A model generated the notes under the pieces. That model was given only the letters and a program-made list of their open reading frames with translations. It had not been told where the DNA came from and ran no database searches. A stretch of DNA of 64,000 nucleotides from the NCBI GenBank assembly GCA_002633005.1, contig NMRA01000115.1, forward strand, positions 73,996 through 137,995, in the 5' to 3' direction. The DNA comes from Phoronis australis. Its lineage: Eukaryota; Animalia; Phoronida. A program made the position numbers and the translations under genes. Position 1 is the stretch's first letter. The number at the start of each line of letters is the position of its first letter. Positions 11,306 to 25,000 of the stretch are shown here, piece by piece.

Positions 11306-14129
11306 CTATTGCCCCTTTAAACTATCGACCTAGACCCGGTTTGAGCAAAGTGGTTTTGTCCTTTCAGAGTTCCAAAATATTTTCTATTTACCTAGCTGGG
11401 CCTGCCATTTCTACGTCTATCCGTCAAGGTTTGATCTGTTGTTACCTCCACTATTTCAGACGTCAGGTTTTACATCATAGGAACAATATTTCTTTCAGCG
11501 TTTTTTCTGTTTAAAACACCTTACTGTGCCGTCACTTTTTAAACTATTGGTTCGCCCTTCCTTAAAGTTGATCTTTTGCTGTTCAACTGGCAAAATCTGG
11601 CAACTTGCCCGCAGATAAATGCCTACTTTTATTTTCTTCCGCCACAATTACGTCTTTAAGAAATTGTCATTCGTAACTAAGGTGGTAGACAGAACTCGTC
11701 GGCATCAGAAATTTTGGTCTTGCTCCTTTTCTGTGGACCATTAGCGATGACTCCAAGGCACTAAAACACTGGCTGAAATAAACTGAAATAAACGTTGTTC
11801 TGTTCTGGTCTGCATACCAAGAGAAGTGTGTTTGCTGTTTTTCCGGATACAGAATCGATATATGACCTGTGAGTGCCAACGAAAGATTGCAAGAACGCTT
11901 TAACAATAAAAGATGTTACCTGATCCTTGAAACTCTTTTCATCTGGAGTTGAAGCTTTACAAGGTATACTTTTGACCATACCAAGAAACTACTCATATTA
12001 ATGAAATAATACAAAGCAAATAGGGACACATCTATCAATTCGAGATGGCACATTTGAAATAATTTCATTCAACCAATCCTAGAAAGAAGACGTTTAGTGT
12101 GTGAACCGTACACCTCCACATGACAAATACCATGCAAACTCGTGAAATATGACGTCTCTTTCGTAAAATGCAACAATGTTACATTTCCCGCATGTGCATT
12201 CACCGTAAATTGTAACAATTACACAACAACGTGTTACGTTTTAGGAGAGGACTAGAAACGTAATTGTAACAACGACGTAAAATGTAACACTTGTTATATT
12301 TTACGAAATGTTACATTTTACAACGTATCAGCGCTCTCTTTGCAACAATCTGCTCGCACAACAAAGGACACCAGGCTCTACTATTGACCGGAATAGCACC
12401 AAGATTAATTGATGAAGAACTTTGTTCACTTCAGCTGCCCATGTAAAAAGCACATTCGTGAATGTATCTGTACATATGGATTTGATATACATGTAGGGAA
12501 AGACATGTTGCGTTTATGTAGTTCGTAGTATTATCACCGTCTCATTTGTGTACGACGAAATAACTTCAAAATAGATGTTCAGCAAAAATGAAATGTGATA
12601 TATAAAAACAAACGATACTTAAAACGCGTCGGTGACAGCAAAGCTTTTATCTGATATTTTTGTTTCCTAACTTAAGCATGTATCACCAAAGCAACTTCTC
12701 ATGTCTAGCGAAAACACAGCGAAAGCAAATTCCCACACACTAGTTGGTACCTGTGCTTCGCACGAGTTCTACATGCAGCTATTGTTTTTATCAGTAGAAA
12801 CAATTTTTAATGCCTTTGAAGTGTTTGCGACTGCAAATGTTCTGAGAAATAATAAATAAATCATACTACGTTACCGGCTTCAGATGCAATTAAACCAACT
12901 GACCGATCACCGAGACCATATGAGCGCATGGTAATTCAATTTTGCCATCCAAGAACATTTTCTGCAATTTCATGAACGTAAAATCACCCGTCAAGAAATT
13001 GTGAAAAGCACTGATACGCCGTAAAATGTAACAATTTCGTCATTGTTACATTTTACGTGGATATGCCTCTCCTAAAACGTAACAAGTTGTTACATTTTTT
13101 GTAATTGTTACAAGTTACGTCGAATGCACGTGCGAGAAATGTACCATTGTTACATTTTACGAAAGCAACGTCATATTTCATGAGTTTTTATGAGATTTGT
13201 CACTCTGAAGAAAACCGTTCACACACTTAACGCCTTCTTTCCCGGATTGTGTGAATGAAGTTCTATCAAATGTGCCAGGTCGAACTTATACACATGTAGA
13301 TGTGTCCCTATGTGGTTTACATGTATTTTTAACATGAGTAGTTTTATGGTACAGTCAAAATGGACACCGTACTGTTTCAACTCCAGACGAAAGGAGTTTC
13401 TAGGATCAGGTAAAAGGTTTTTTATTGTTAAAACGTTCTTGCAATCTTTTGTTGACGCTCACAGGTCATAAATTAATTGTGTATCCGACATTACAGTAAA
13501 CACCCTTCCCTTGGTAAGCACAACAGTGACATCGTATTTGGCTGATAGTTATCGTATTTCTTCGGGAACAAACGACAATAACAAAATTCTTCATACAGAA
13601 TTCAATTTCGGAAGCCAATGTGATAGAAAAAACACCCGCTTCAGTCCAGGATAGTTTGGTTTATTTCGTCCACTGTTTTATTGCCTTGGAGTCATCGCTC
13701 CACAAAAATGGAGAAAAACCAATAATCCTGATGACAAAGTGTTTTGGCTACCACCTTAGTTAAGAATAACAAACTCTTAAGGACACTGTGGTTGAAGGAG
13801 GTAAAAGTACGCATTTATTTGCAGGCAGGTTGACAGATTTTGCTAATGCAATAGTAAAATATCGCCTTTGAGAAGGGCGAGCCAATAGTTTAAAAAAGTA
13901 GCGGCATACAGTAGTAACGTGTTTTATACAGCTTAAAAGCTTACAAAAATATCATCTTCCCAATGATGTCAAGCCTGTCTGAAGTAGTTGTGGTAACAAC
14001 AGTTCACACCGTGACGTGTAAAAACGGGATGCCAAGCTGGGGCAATAGAAAATATTTTGCACTCTGGAAGGACATGGCTATTTTGCTCAAACCCGGACGG
14101 ATCTCGGTCGATAGTTAAAGGGGCAATAG
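11306..14129. repeat. Long imperfect inverted repeat: about 1.0-1.1 kb arms (11306-12335 and 13007-14129), about 670 bp spacer
   Basis: Outer ends CTATTGCCCCTTTAA(A)CTATCGACC / GGTCGATAGTTAAAGGGGCAATAG. Internal matches include GATGACTCCAAGGCA, ATGACCTGTGAG, TAGGGACACATCTA and TGTTACATTTTAC. The arms are diverged and no TSD was seen. Confidence 0.85.
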
Positions 14130-14450
14130 CCGGAAACGTAACTGTCGGCCTTTCGTACAATAAAAACATACACTTTCTCTTTCTATTACATTTTAAGATA
14201 AAATATGAATTAAAATTGCTATGTGGTCAATGTTCATTGGTTCGAAGTGCATATAAATAAAGAAAAAGATTGGACATCCTATTATTAATGGACGTGAAGT
14301 CACGTGTCTAATGAGGCGCCATGTTTTGTGTTGCAGCTCGCCCATGAACGAAATTGGTATATTTACCCTTTTGATACAGTGGCGGATATAGGATTTCACA
14401 AAGGAGGGGCCCAACACTTTGTCTGTAAACATTTGGGCAAAGCACGATTG

Positions 14451-14592
14451 TACAGCACACATCACGAATTTTTGGCCGACCGGTCGGAAATTGGTCAACG
14501 ACCGGCCGTCGACCGGTCGTCTAGCNCCGGTCGACGGCCGGTCGTCGACCAATTTCCGACCGGTCGGCCAAAAATTCGTGATGTGTGCTGTA
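14451..14592. repeat. Near-perfect palindrome (66-bp arms, 65/66 identical) around a single N; Tc1/mariner-type MITE ends TA|CAG...CTG|TA
   Basis: 14451-14516 is the reverse complement of 14527-14592 with one mismatch; N at 14526. Confidence 0.85.
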
Positions 14593-14745
14593 GATGCGCA
14601 TTGCACCGAATTGGGGGGAGGTCGGGAAAATTTTTGTGTTTTTTCTTCTATAATTCAAGCATTTTCCTTGATTCCTGAAGTATTATCCAAGAAAAAAGGC
14701 AAAGAAAAAAACGGAGAACGTGTCAAACTTGAAAAACTGCATTTA

Positions 14746-14806
14746 ACACAGACTCGAACTCACGACCTGGTGGATACATGCGCGTGCTTTACCACTGCAC
14801 CACCAG
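14746..14806 (-). mobile_element. tRNA-derived SINE head or tRNA pseudogene fragment
   Basis: Minus strand reads GGTGGTGCAGTGGTAAAGCACG...GGTCGTGAGTTCGAGTC, with an A box and a B box; no full cloverleaf. Confidence 0.45.
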
Positions 14807-15116
14807 GATTTCACTCGTAATTTGGCACTAAGAGACCTACTTGTTTTTGGTCCACAGCCTTTGCGCGCGAAACCTACTTCTTTTTGTAATGCTTATTACA
14901 CATTCTATATTTTGTGCAATCACTTCGTAACAATTTTTTTGTAGTTAAAACAGCCTTCAATTGCCCAAAAGACCAAATCCCTTTTTTGTGTTGGCATTAA
15001 TGACGCGATTGTTTTGGAAATCGTCTTAAGTTAAGGTTTGACAAAGAGAGAATTATGAGTTTCTGAGTGATTCACTGAGGTTCCGATTAAAATTCACATC
15101 TTACCAGCAGCTTCTG

Positions 15117-17522
15117 TTTTTTACTTGGCGAAATAAATTTCGCCAAGTATGTTGCTCTTCCACTAAGTTTGTTTTTTTTTTTTTTTTTTTTTTGTTTGTT
15201 TGTTCGCACGATACAGGTCGCAATTTTCGTCCGATCATCACGAAATTTACACATAATACGTACTTCCGGAAGTACTGGAAGCCTATTGTTTTTCGTCAAA
15301 ATCGGATCCAAGATGGCGGCTGTGGCGGCCATTTTGTTTTCATTTAAAGGTTCAAATGCTTCTGGAGGCTACAATTTTTTACGTAAAAGGCTAAGAATCG
15401 GCACAGTAAGTGGACCGGAAGTTTGCTACAAGCATACCGGAAATTGTTTACTTCCGATTAAAGATGGCGGAAATATCGGCGATCGCGCATGCGCACCTCA
15501 ATTTTGGCCTAAAAACGTTTTCTCCTGTAGAGGGCGCACTATAAGGCCAATTCCTTTGAAGTTTTACGGATATTAGTTTTTTGTGAAATGCTATTATATC
15601 AACCCAAAAAACCGGAAGTTGCATTCAAGATGGCGGATCTTGTGCATGTTGACCTATTTTCAGTCGTACGTAGATGCTATTTAAACGGGTGAAGGAAAAG
15701 ACGTGAATTTTTGCATGTGGATTCTCTAAGGTATACTCTTTCAAATGAACTGTAACAATTTTTTTCTCAGACTTACCGTTTTCGAGTTATTTGACTTTGA
15801 ATTTCTTAAAAAATAAGCAAAATTTCATTTTTTTCGAAAAATTTACGGAATTAGGCGATACCATCTGTTTAGATAGAATTTTGAACGGGCTTTCAGAAGA
15901 TGTTTTCCATTTTTCGCTAGGACGTCTACTTTTCGAGTTATTTGAGATTTTCTGATAACGCTGTTCCTTTGTTGAGCGCTCTTGCTGCATTGATGTTGGT
16001 ATATCCTCTTTTGAACTAGACTGTAGCCTATTTCTTATTGATTTATGACATCTAAGTTCGTCATATGAATGTTGTGATGTTGTTCATCATCGCCACCACC
16101 ATCATCATATTCGTCATCATCTTCGTCATCTTCGTCATCATCTCCGTCGTTGTCTTTTCCGTTAATTTCGCCAAGTGTCGCACAAGACTGTAGCCTTTTT
16201 CTTACTGATTTCGGACTTCTACGTTCGTCATGTGTATGTTATTAATACTTCTTTTGTTCACCATCGTCGTCATATTCGTCATCTTCGTCATCATCTTTAT
16301 CGTCATCTTTTTGGTTAATTTCGCCAAGGTTCGCTCCTCGGAGCGCTTTCATTTTGTTTGTTCGCACGATACAGGTCGCAATTTTCGTCTGATCATCACG
16401 AAATTTACACATAACACGTACTTCTGAAAGTACTGGAAGCCTATTGTTTTTTGTCAAAATCGAATCCAAGATGGCGGCTGTGGCGGCCATTTTGTTTCCA
16501 TTTAAAGGTTCAAATGCTTCTGGAGGCTACAATTTTTTACGTAACAGGCTAAGAATCGGCACAGTAAATGGACCCGAAGTTTGCTACAACTGTTCCGGAA
16601 ATTGTTCACTTCCGGTTAAAGATGGCGGAAATATCGGCGATCGCGCATGCGCACCTCGATTTTGGCCTAAAAACGTTTTCTCCTCTAGAGGGCGCATTAT
16701 GAGACCAATTCCTTTGAATTTTTACAGGTATTAGTTTCTCACGGCATGCTATTATTCACAGCCAATAAACCGGAAGTTGCTTTCAAGATGGCGGATCTGG
16801 CACATGTTGACCAATTTTCAGTCGTGCTGGAGTGCAATTTTAAACGGGAAGAGAAAAAGACGTGATTGTTTGCATGTGGATTCTTTGAAGTATAATCTTT
16901 CAAATGGCCTGGAACAATTTTTTTCTCAGACTTACCGTTTTGGAGTTATTAGACTTTAGATTTCTTAAAAAAACGCAAAATTTCATTTTTTTCGAAAAAT
17001 TTACGGAATTAGGCGATACCATCAGATTAGATAGAATTTTGAACGGGCTTTCAGAAGATGTTTTGCATTTTTCGCTAGGACGTCTACTTCTCGAGTTATT
17101 AAAGATTTTCTGATGACGCTGTTCCTTTGTTGAGCGCTCTTGCTGCATTGATGTTGGTTTATCTTCTATTGAACTAGACTGTAGCCTATTTCTTATTGAT
17201 TTATGACATCTAAGTTCGTCATATGAATGTTGTGATGTTGTTCATCATCGCAACCACCATCATCATATTCGTCATCATCGTCATCATCTTCGTCATCATC
17301 TCCGTCGTTGTCTTTTCCGGTAATTTCGCCAAGTGTCGCTCAAGACTGTAGCCTTTTTCTTACTGATTTCGGACTTCTACGTTCGTCATGTGTATTTTAT
17401 TATTACTTCTTTTGTTCATTCTCGCCACCATCGTCGTCATATTCGTCATCTTCATCATCATCTTTATCGTCATCTCTTTGGTTAATTTCGCCAAGGTTCG
17501 CTCCTCGGAGCGCTTTCATTTT
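15117..17522 (+). mobile_element. Helentron-associated non-autonomous element (HINE/DINE-1-like), head-to-tail dimer of 1158-bp units
   Basis: 5' T-run plus hairpin ACTTGGCGAAAT-AA-ATTTCGCCAAGT; T-rich microsatellite. Each unit ends with subTIR TTTCGCCAAGGT plus hairpin CGCTCC-TC-GGAGCG (about 16319-16345 and 17486-17512). GTTCGCACG recurs at a 1158-bp spacing; (CAT/CGT)n low-complexity tracts. Confidence 0.8.
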
Positions 17523-18751
17523 CATCGTCACTCAGATTCCATTTTCTTCATTGCACAGTGAAGCAGACGAAGGGAACGGAGTCGTGGTGCGTAGCGCCAC
17601 TGCTGGTCGCCAAGGCTATCGCGGCAGAGCCACCCCTCCCCCCAAACACCCTAAAAATACACACATTTAATACTTGTTTCAGCCGTATAATGTTAATTAT
17701 CAGGGTAAGTTAATAAACTCAACATTTCCCTACGATCTCGCTGTTTTATTTTGCGGCAGCCAAGGGGGAAGGGGGCCGGCCCCAGCTAACCAGTCCAAAA
17801 CACAAACTCCGACCTTTAAGACAGGAACCCCGGGGGTTAGACAGGAAACCTGCATACTTTTTTCAAATTTTTCGAGACGATGTCCGTTGCTCAAAACTTT
17901 GATTTAAACAATTTAAAGAAATTTCCAATTGTTTTCTGCATTTGTTTGTTTAACATTGTCAGTAATATGACGTGACTTATATTATATTGAATTTGTTATT
18001 TGATATTCATCGGTACCAGGGTTTTCCGTAGATAAACCCCCGGCGTGTATTCGAAAAGTGAAAATTTTCAGGCATTTCAGTAACACCAAAAAACGCCCGG
18101 GCGTTTATTCGGAAACGGGAGATCATGATTTTGGCTACGTAAATACATGTACCAGCATGATGAAGTTAATTTCATATTATTCAATAGTTTTTCCAAAAAT
18201 ATTTCCAAAAATCAAAAACAAAATATTATTTCGACTTCCATGTGCTATTATTCATTCATTTCTTTAAATATCTTTACAATTGACGGCATTTTATGGTTCG
18301 ACAATTTACTTGTCGAGAGCACGTTATTTCCAGCACAATCAATTTCCGGATTTTTAAATCGACCACGAGAGTTATTCACTCAAAAGACCTCCGTTACTAA
18401 TTTCGCTGTTCTTGTCCTCAAAAGGAGTACTTCAACTCTTTGTTCATCATCAAAACTGAATTTGGAATGGGAATTTCTGAAATCAATGCATTCACACTCT
18501 TTTTGGTGGATCACTGCTACAAAATTTGTTCTGGAATTTGGTTAGCTGGTATTAAAATACAAAAAACTGTAACGAAATGAAACCAGTCCCGACACTTTTT
18601 GTGACATACACTCAATCTTGTCGAATATAAACAGTTGATTGAGGAATACGTAAAAAAAGAAAATTGCCAATATGTCATGGAGCCGAAACCTGACGCAAAA
18701 GACTGCACCACAACTTTCGCAGTAGAATAACGGTACAGCGGCACTTTGTCA

Positions 18752-21700
18752 TGTAATGTCGCGTGGAGAGAAGAGTGAATAAGACGTCTTTACTCGATCA
18801 CTACCTTATTGCGGACTGACCACTAACTGTACAACATGTTTTTGCAAAACACAAGACCACATGGACCACATGTCATAGAACTGTTTGCCAAGAGTTATAT
18901 AGTAAACCATTCGAACTACACGTAATTGTGCCATATAAGGTAAGTGTAGTTTCAGTACAAACCACAATACTATTACATCTCATTTTCTTTAAAGAAAACA
19001 AGAAAGTATAAATAAAAATATAAATGAACAACTACTAGCCACAATAAACAAATTACCATCCTGAGAGATGGTTCACTCAACAAGACTGAATGCTTTGACA
19101 TTAAATAAATAGTATCTAACCATACCATAACAGACTAATCTAATTAAAAATGTTGTTATCCTTGTAAACCAATACACAGCAATACACACTGACTGATAAG
19201 TACATGTAGTTGTATAATCGATAAATCTAGAGGGTTTCTTGATTTCCATTCATGTCCTTATAACTGCAGGTTTCGATTTAATCTATGGTGAATCGTTATC
19301 AGTGCCACTTGTTGGCTGAATAAGATTGCTGTATGTTTGCTTGATTTTAAGGTGAGCTGAACTGGGCTTTACTGAATGTGGAGATTCTCTCGTGGACAGT
19401 AAGAGTTATCGATTTGCGCCGATACTCTCGTGCTTCATCACCCGATAAATCTACTAGTACCTAATAACTCTTAATTTTCATACGTACAATACGTTCAGAT
19501 TCAGAATTGTTGAACGCTAGCAATGGTTAGCATTCCTCTCGTAATACTTCTTTTGACTCATTTGATAATTAGGCACTTGTGAATGCACTTCATCAGGATT
19601 AATTGCCTCACGTTTTAGCAATGCGTTCGAAGTAGGCAATAATATCCTGGTAGGCCTAGGTCTACCCATTAATCTTTAAAGTGGGTAGGCGAACCCAATA
19701 ATGCCATCTCTTTGTGTATTTCTAAAATCCAACAAATCCAAACATATATCACCACTTGCTTCACTTATTTTCTTTATCAATTGCTTTATAACACGAACAG
19801 GTTTCTCTGCAAGACCATTTGCCATCTGGTGACCTGAAGATGATGTCATGTGGATGAAGCCATACAGTAGTTTTCCACAAATTCTCTAAATTCTAGACAA
19901 GAAAACTGAGGATCATTATCTGACACCCAGTAACTTCTCCATAATTCGATGACGTGCATTATTAGCTTTGATATGCTTAATCACTGTAGATGCATTCGGG
20001 GAAAGTAACGGTGATACTTCATGAATCCTCAACAATATTCTATCAACAGCAGGTAGTGTTTGTTCTGTATTCAAACAAATCACATGCAACCGTGTTCCAT
20101 GGAAGAACAGGATTCTCAAACACTTTCACTCTTTTGACTGGATGTTTTCGATGTTTCAAACGTGCAGATCGTCCTGAATCACTGCTGCACCTGCTGTTTG
20201 CATCCAATACACTGAAAAGTTTACTCCCATGTAATCTGGTTACAATATCATCAATTAAACTCAGTGGGTGGTGTTCACGCAAAATAGCATTACTTAAGCT
20301 AGAGTATCAATGCACAACCTGGCTCTGTTATTGCGTTTCCGAACACATACTAATGAAGACACCCAGGGTGTTGGCTCGGTGACTTTCTTCATAATGCCAC
20401 ACCTTTCTAAATGGCCTAATTCCACCTTTACCTGCTCTCTGATTGCAGCGGGAACTGGTCTGGGAGGGTGAGCTACTGGCGGAATAGACGAGCCTACCTG
20501 AATGTCGTATTTCCCTGGAATACACCCAACTGTTTCTTCAAACATCACTGTATTTTCTTACAAAATATTCGTGATTTGCATTTTGGTTTTGAGAGTCGAC
20601 TTCGAACACTCTCAGGACTACATTTAATTTCAGACTGTCATCACGTCCTAACAAATCTACTTGTTTCGTAGTGTCTAGTACAAGAAACTCTAGCATGTGT
20701 CTTTGATTCTTATACACAGCTGGCAGTATAATTTTAATATTTGCTTTCTGTGGCTTGTCATAAATACCATTAACCACAACATTGCTTTGCTTCAACATAT
20801 GTTCGATACCAAACTTTCTCAATGTAGCTAGTGACAACACATTGCATTCTCCAAAAGTATCAATTGCCAAGGATAAGTGTGACCTACCGACTGCTAATGT
20901 GACATTCCAATCATCAGAATTTATACCTGCATAAATTGAATTTATACCGAACATATCTTTAATACTGCATTGTTCCACCATATTTGCCATTTCGTTCTCC
21001 TAAGTTCTATGTACATTTTATTTTCCTCCTCGGTGATTTCGACCACGATTTCCTCTGTGATGGCCTCGGGATTGTCCTCGTCTGTGCTGTTGGTTGTGGC
21101 TTTGCCGTCTCGATGTCTGCTGAGATGCTTGTTTTTCTTTGCAAAATTTCGAGTTCGAAAAATGGCCAAAATTGCCACAAGCGTGACATGTTTTGCCTCT
21201 GGCAGGACAGTTGTCCTCGAAATGTTTCACGTGTATTTACTACAAAACTTCTTGTGCCTTGCGTGACAAACATTGTCCTCTGCTTAATTACATTCTCCAA
21301 CGTGTAATCTTCTACTTCCAAGTTTAGGAGTTTCAACTTGATATGACTGTCGCGGACACCATTGATAATTCTGTCACAAATAAATGTGTCACCGTACTCA
21401 CATCCCTTTGCGCGACGCTTCAGATTGGCTACAAAAGCCAAATGCGACTCACCAGCCTTCTGGTTACGTTCCAGCAATGCTTGTCGGTGAATATTGCGGT
21501 ATTTCTTATGGTCATAGTGTTCGTCAAACGTGCCATTACCACGTTTAAGTTATACCTGTCTTCCGGGGACAAATCAAATGTGTTGAATAATCTGACTCCA
21601 TCTGCTCCATGAAGGTGTAGTAAAATGTTTATCTTCTGTTTACCTGACGCGTCCTCGAGTCCGCTTGCGACCAGGTAAATGTCAAATCTCTGCAGCCACT

Positions 21701-21917
21701 GGCTCCAACTTTCTCATGTTTTGTCAGTCTCCAGTTGAACAAACAGCTCTGGAGGGCTCACGTCTAGCTTAGCAGCCATTGTACAGAACTGTAACCAGCA
21801 ACCGAAAAAATCTCCAACTCTTTCCTGACACAAGTAATGTCGTGTGGAGAGAGGAGTGAAGAAGACGTCTTTACTCGAGCACCACTTTATTGCGAACTGA
21901 ATAGCGGCTATACAACA
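18752..21917 (-). mobile_element. Degenerate, internally deleted Ty3/Gypsy LTR retrotransposon
   Basis: Gag starts at 21779 (MAAKLDVSPPE..W.QWLQRFDIYLVASG..KINILLHLHG), with zinc knuckle CPARGKTCHACGNFGHF, protease AIDTFGECNVL, RT N-terminus PTPWVSSLVCVRK..RLCID..LHGSKLFSVLDA and integrase PWNTVACDLF. 3' LTR about 18752-18977 (TG..CA, preceded by PPT AAAGAAAATGAGA); 5' LTR remnant 21833-21917 next to a PBS-like TGTGTCAGGA. Confidence 0.88.
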
Positions 21918-22074
21918 ACGTGTGGTTAGCTGTTTTGAAGGTGCGGGGGTCTGTTTTCGACTTCGGGATAACTGTTTTACACCGGTGTTCTAATTTCGAC
22001 GGAACACCTTGGCACTATATATATGCTGCTAGTGTACTTGATAGATAATTTGGAAATATTTTTGTATGCACATT

Positions 22075-25000
22075 ATGACAAAAGTTTATATTCTGTCTGA
22101 AAATTGTCAAGGCTCAGGCGAACCATAAAAGAGAAGAAGCGTTCAACTATTTCAGATCAAAACAAATTTTAAATTACCAAAACATTGAAATGTATTTTGT
22201 TAACATTCACTTGGTAGAAAAGCAAGAACACTATATTCAATCGCAATGGGACTATACAGTTTGTTTTAGTTCCTATGAAAGTAATGCAAAGGGAGATGCA
22301 ATCTTTACAGATAGTACCCGTAATTTCGAAATTAAAGTGCATAGCTGCCTAAAAGATAAAGGTGGAAATTATATCGAATACGTGTATTTGTGTTAAATGC
22401 CTCTGGCCCAAAGTACAGTAAACAAAAATTAAACAGGCACATTTGCACACGCAGTCAACCCAAAAATTATATTAGAGACAACGCAACTGAGGGAGAGAGA
22501 CTCAACTTGTTATATCTGTACAGCGGTATGACCCAAATGGGGATCAACCAAATTTATTCACTAATTTATTTTCACTTATGGAAGACTTAGATAATGATAA
22601 ATTTATGAATTGTGGAGCCTTCAATTTAATATTTAATGAAGAAATGGAGCCATGTAACCATGTTTTTCGGAACGCAAAAGACGCAGTCCAGACATATGAT
22701 TAATACGATCTGGCTTTATTTCCTGAGTAAGTATTCCGATATGCAACATTGGTTGAATACACGACACTTGTAGAGAACGATGTGCTGCGATTGCATTCTA
22801 GAAACCTGTTTTGAATGAACAACAAACAGGGTCGCGCCGCACGCTACATTTGTTTGCGTAAGTTTTCTGCTCCCCCCTCCCATTCTTTGCAGTTATAAGT
22901 ATTTTACAGCTGCCGTGACCCACTGTGTATGTTTTTGCTTTTTTACTGTGGGCGTCATTTTATATCCACTTGAGAAGGAAAAGAAAATGTTTTAAAAGAT
23001 CGTGTCTTTTGCGAGTAATCGTGTCTCTTGGTCAGTTGCTTTACTAATGCTCTGATCAGTGTCGAAATTTGTTCCGAGGACACGAAAGGAACAGAATGAA
23101 GATTGTAAATAACGACAAGTGTCGTGTATTTATTCAATTTTACAAAATTTCTGTAGAACTAAATTTCCAATAGAACTTGAAAGCGGTATACATGTAGAAG
23201 GGAAAACGCTTTAAAACAGGCAAGTCTCGATTATTGTTTATCTCTCTGTATTAAAATGTTAATAATTTAGTCAGTTACAGATCGGGTCCATCAAGAATAT
23301 TACTGTCTTCTCAATTTAAAGAAATGAAGAGCGATTTAGGCCTATGGAAATTTGATAATTCTCTTTAAGATGATAAGGAATACGTTTTTTTTAATTTTTT
23401 ATTCTGCCAATTCAACATAAGTAACGAAAAAGTTCTGGGATTGCCGTGCCTTACTTTACAATTCAATAAAATTAAAGCTTACTAAGTTAAATATATACTC
23501 GAACCGGATTTTAGAAATACATTTACAAAAAAGAAAAAAGAAACATACAAGACAGTGTAGTATTATATGACTCTGAAAAAGGGGAGATAGCATTTTGGAA
23601 TGATAAAATATCCTTAAATTGTTATTAAATTATGCATTTTTTACTTGTGATATGTTACCTTAGATACGGAAACAATCAAAAAGCTAAAAGAAGAAAATGT
23701 CTTAAATTAAAGTATTCATTTGGTTATAAAGTGTCAATTATTGATAGAAATGAGAAAAATGACATTATATTATTCTGCTAATGAAAACAGGATAACAAAT
23801 GAAAAAGAGCTGAAGCTAGAAAAAGAAACCCCCAGTACGGAATGTTTGAATAATTTTACGGGAATTGATGTTTCGCTTGGAAGCAAATTGCATCGAAAAC
23901 GGCGAGCAGCCAACCAAGTATTTTCAAAGTTTAGAATCGAAGCACTTTCATAATATACTGCTGTATTTCTTTGAATTAGAAACCAGGGACCAAATCACAA
24001 GTCAAGTTGTCATTATATTAGAAACAAAAACTGTTTACGAAAAATTATATTCTAAAAAAATATTAGTGAAGGTGATATAGACAAAAAGCGTTTTAAAACT
24101 CGTCTGAGGTCGAAGCTGATAAACTGGAAGGTTGGATTGCGTACTCAGAAGTTGTACATGTACGTGTTTTGAAAAATGCTAAAAAGGAAAAAAGTACTGG
24201 TTCTGATGGATTTATTATATGATTTTTAGAGTCTTTCTGGGGAGAACTGGACTATTTGGTATTGAAACATATCATTGATAGTTATGAAATAACGGAAACG
24301 TCTGCAACGCAAACGAATTTTCTGGTATTATTACAGTAACACATCTAAATTGTGTTTATTAATAAGAATCTTGGTGCATTGCAAATATAACGTAAATGGT
24401 TTTGAATCAACATATTTCACGTGACCAAACTGGTTTTGTCAAAGATACATTTATTAGGAAAGACTTACAGTGTATGTGTGATGTAGTGAATTTCTTCGAA
24501 AATAATCAAATACAGGGTGTATAGTTACAAATGGATTTTGAAAATGCCCCGTGACAGCCTTTATTAGGAAATGGAATTGAGTTAATTTCAAAATTTCAAC
24601 AAAAGAAGGGTTCACTACTTTTGACAGTATTCAGGCGTCATATGTAGAATGGTATTGTATCTGTACCCTTTATGCATCCAAGATGTGGTAAACAGGGTCA
24701 ACTCCTCTCCTATATAATTTTATATTGCGTGCAGGAAATAATTGCCCATTTAGCTACGTTAGTGAAAAAAGAGTAAATTTATTTCAGAAAACAGTACTGA
24801 ACATGTTATTTCACATTTTGCTGTTGATATGACTTCCATTCGACGCACCTGAGGGCCCTCTTGGAAAGCACTGCTATCACTGAAGAGGCCACCCTCATTT
24901 CAAATATAACAATAATAAATAAACAAACCTGAGCAACAATGCTTGATCAAAATAATGAAACGTTAGGTTTGAAAAACTACTGTTTTATGGATTTGTAACA

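Noticed and set aside
14746-14806. Functional tRNA gene (also 49898-49950)
   Set aside because: A and B boxes are present but there are no proper acceptor or anticodon stems; treated as SINE heads.
14193-14820. Overlapping ORFs with mirrored peptide repeats
   Set aside because: An artefact of translating a palindrome that contains an N.
15087-17670. Duplicated ORFs (MAATAAILD.., MQQERSTKEQR.., SSSS-rich) as genes
   Set aside because: Chance frames in a tandemly duplicated non-coding element and its microsatellites; the frames are not maintained between units.
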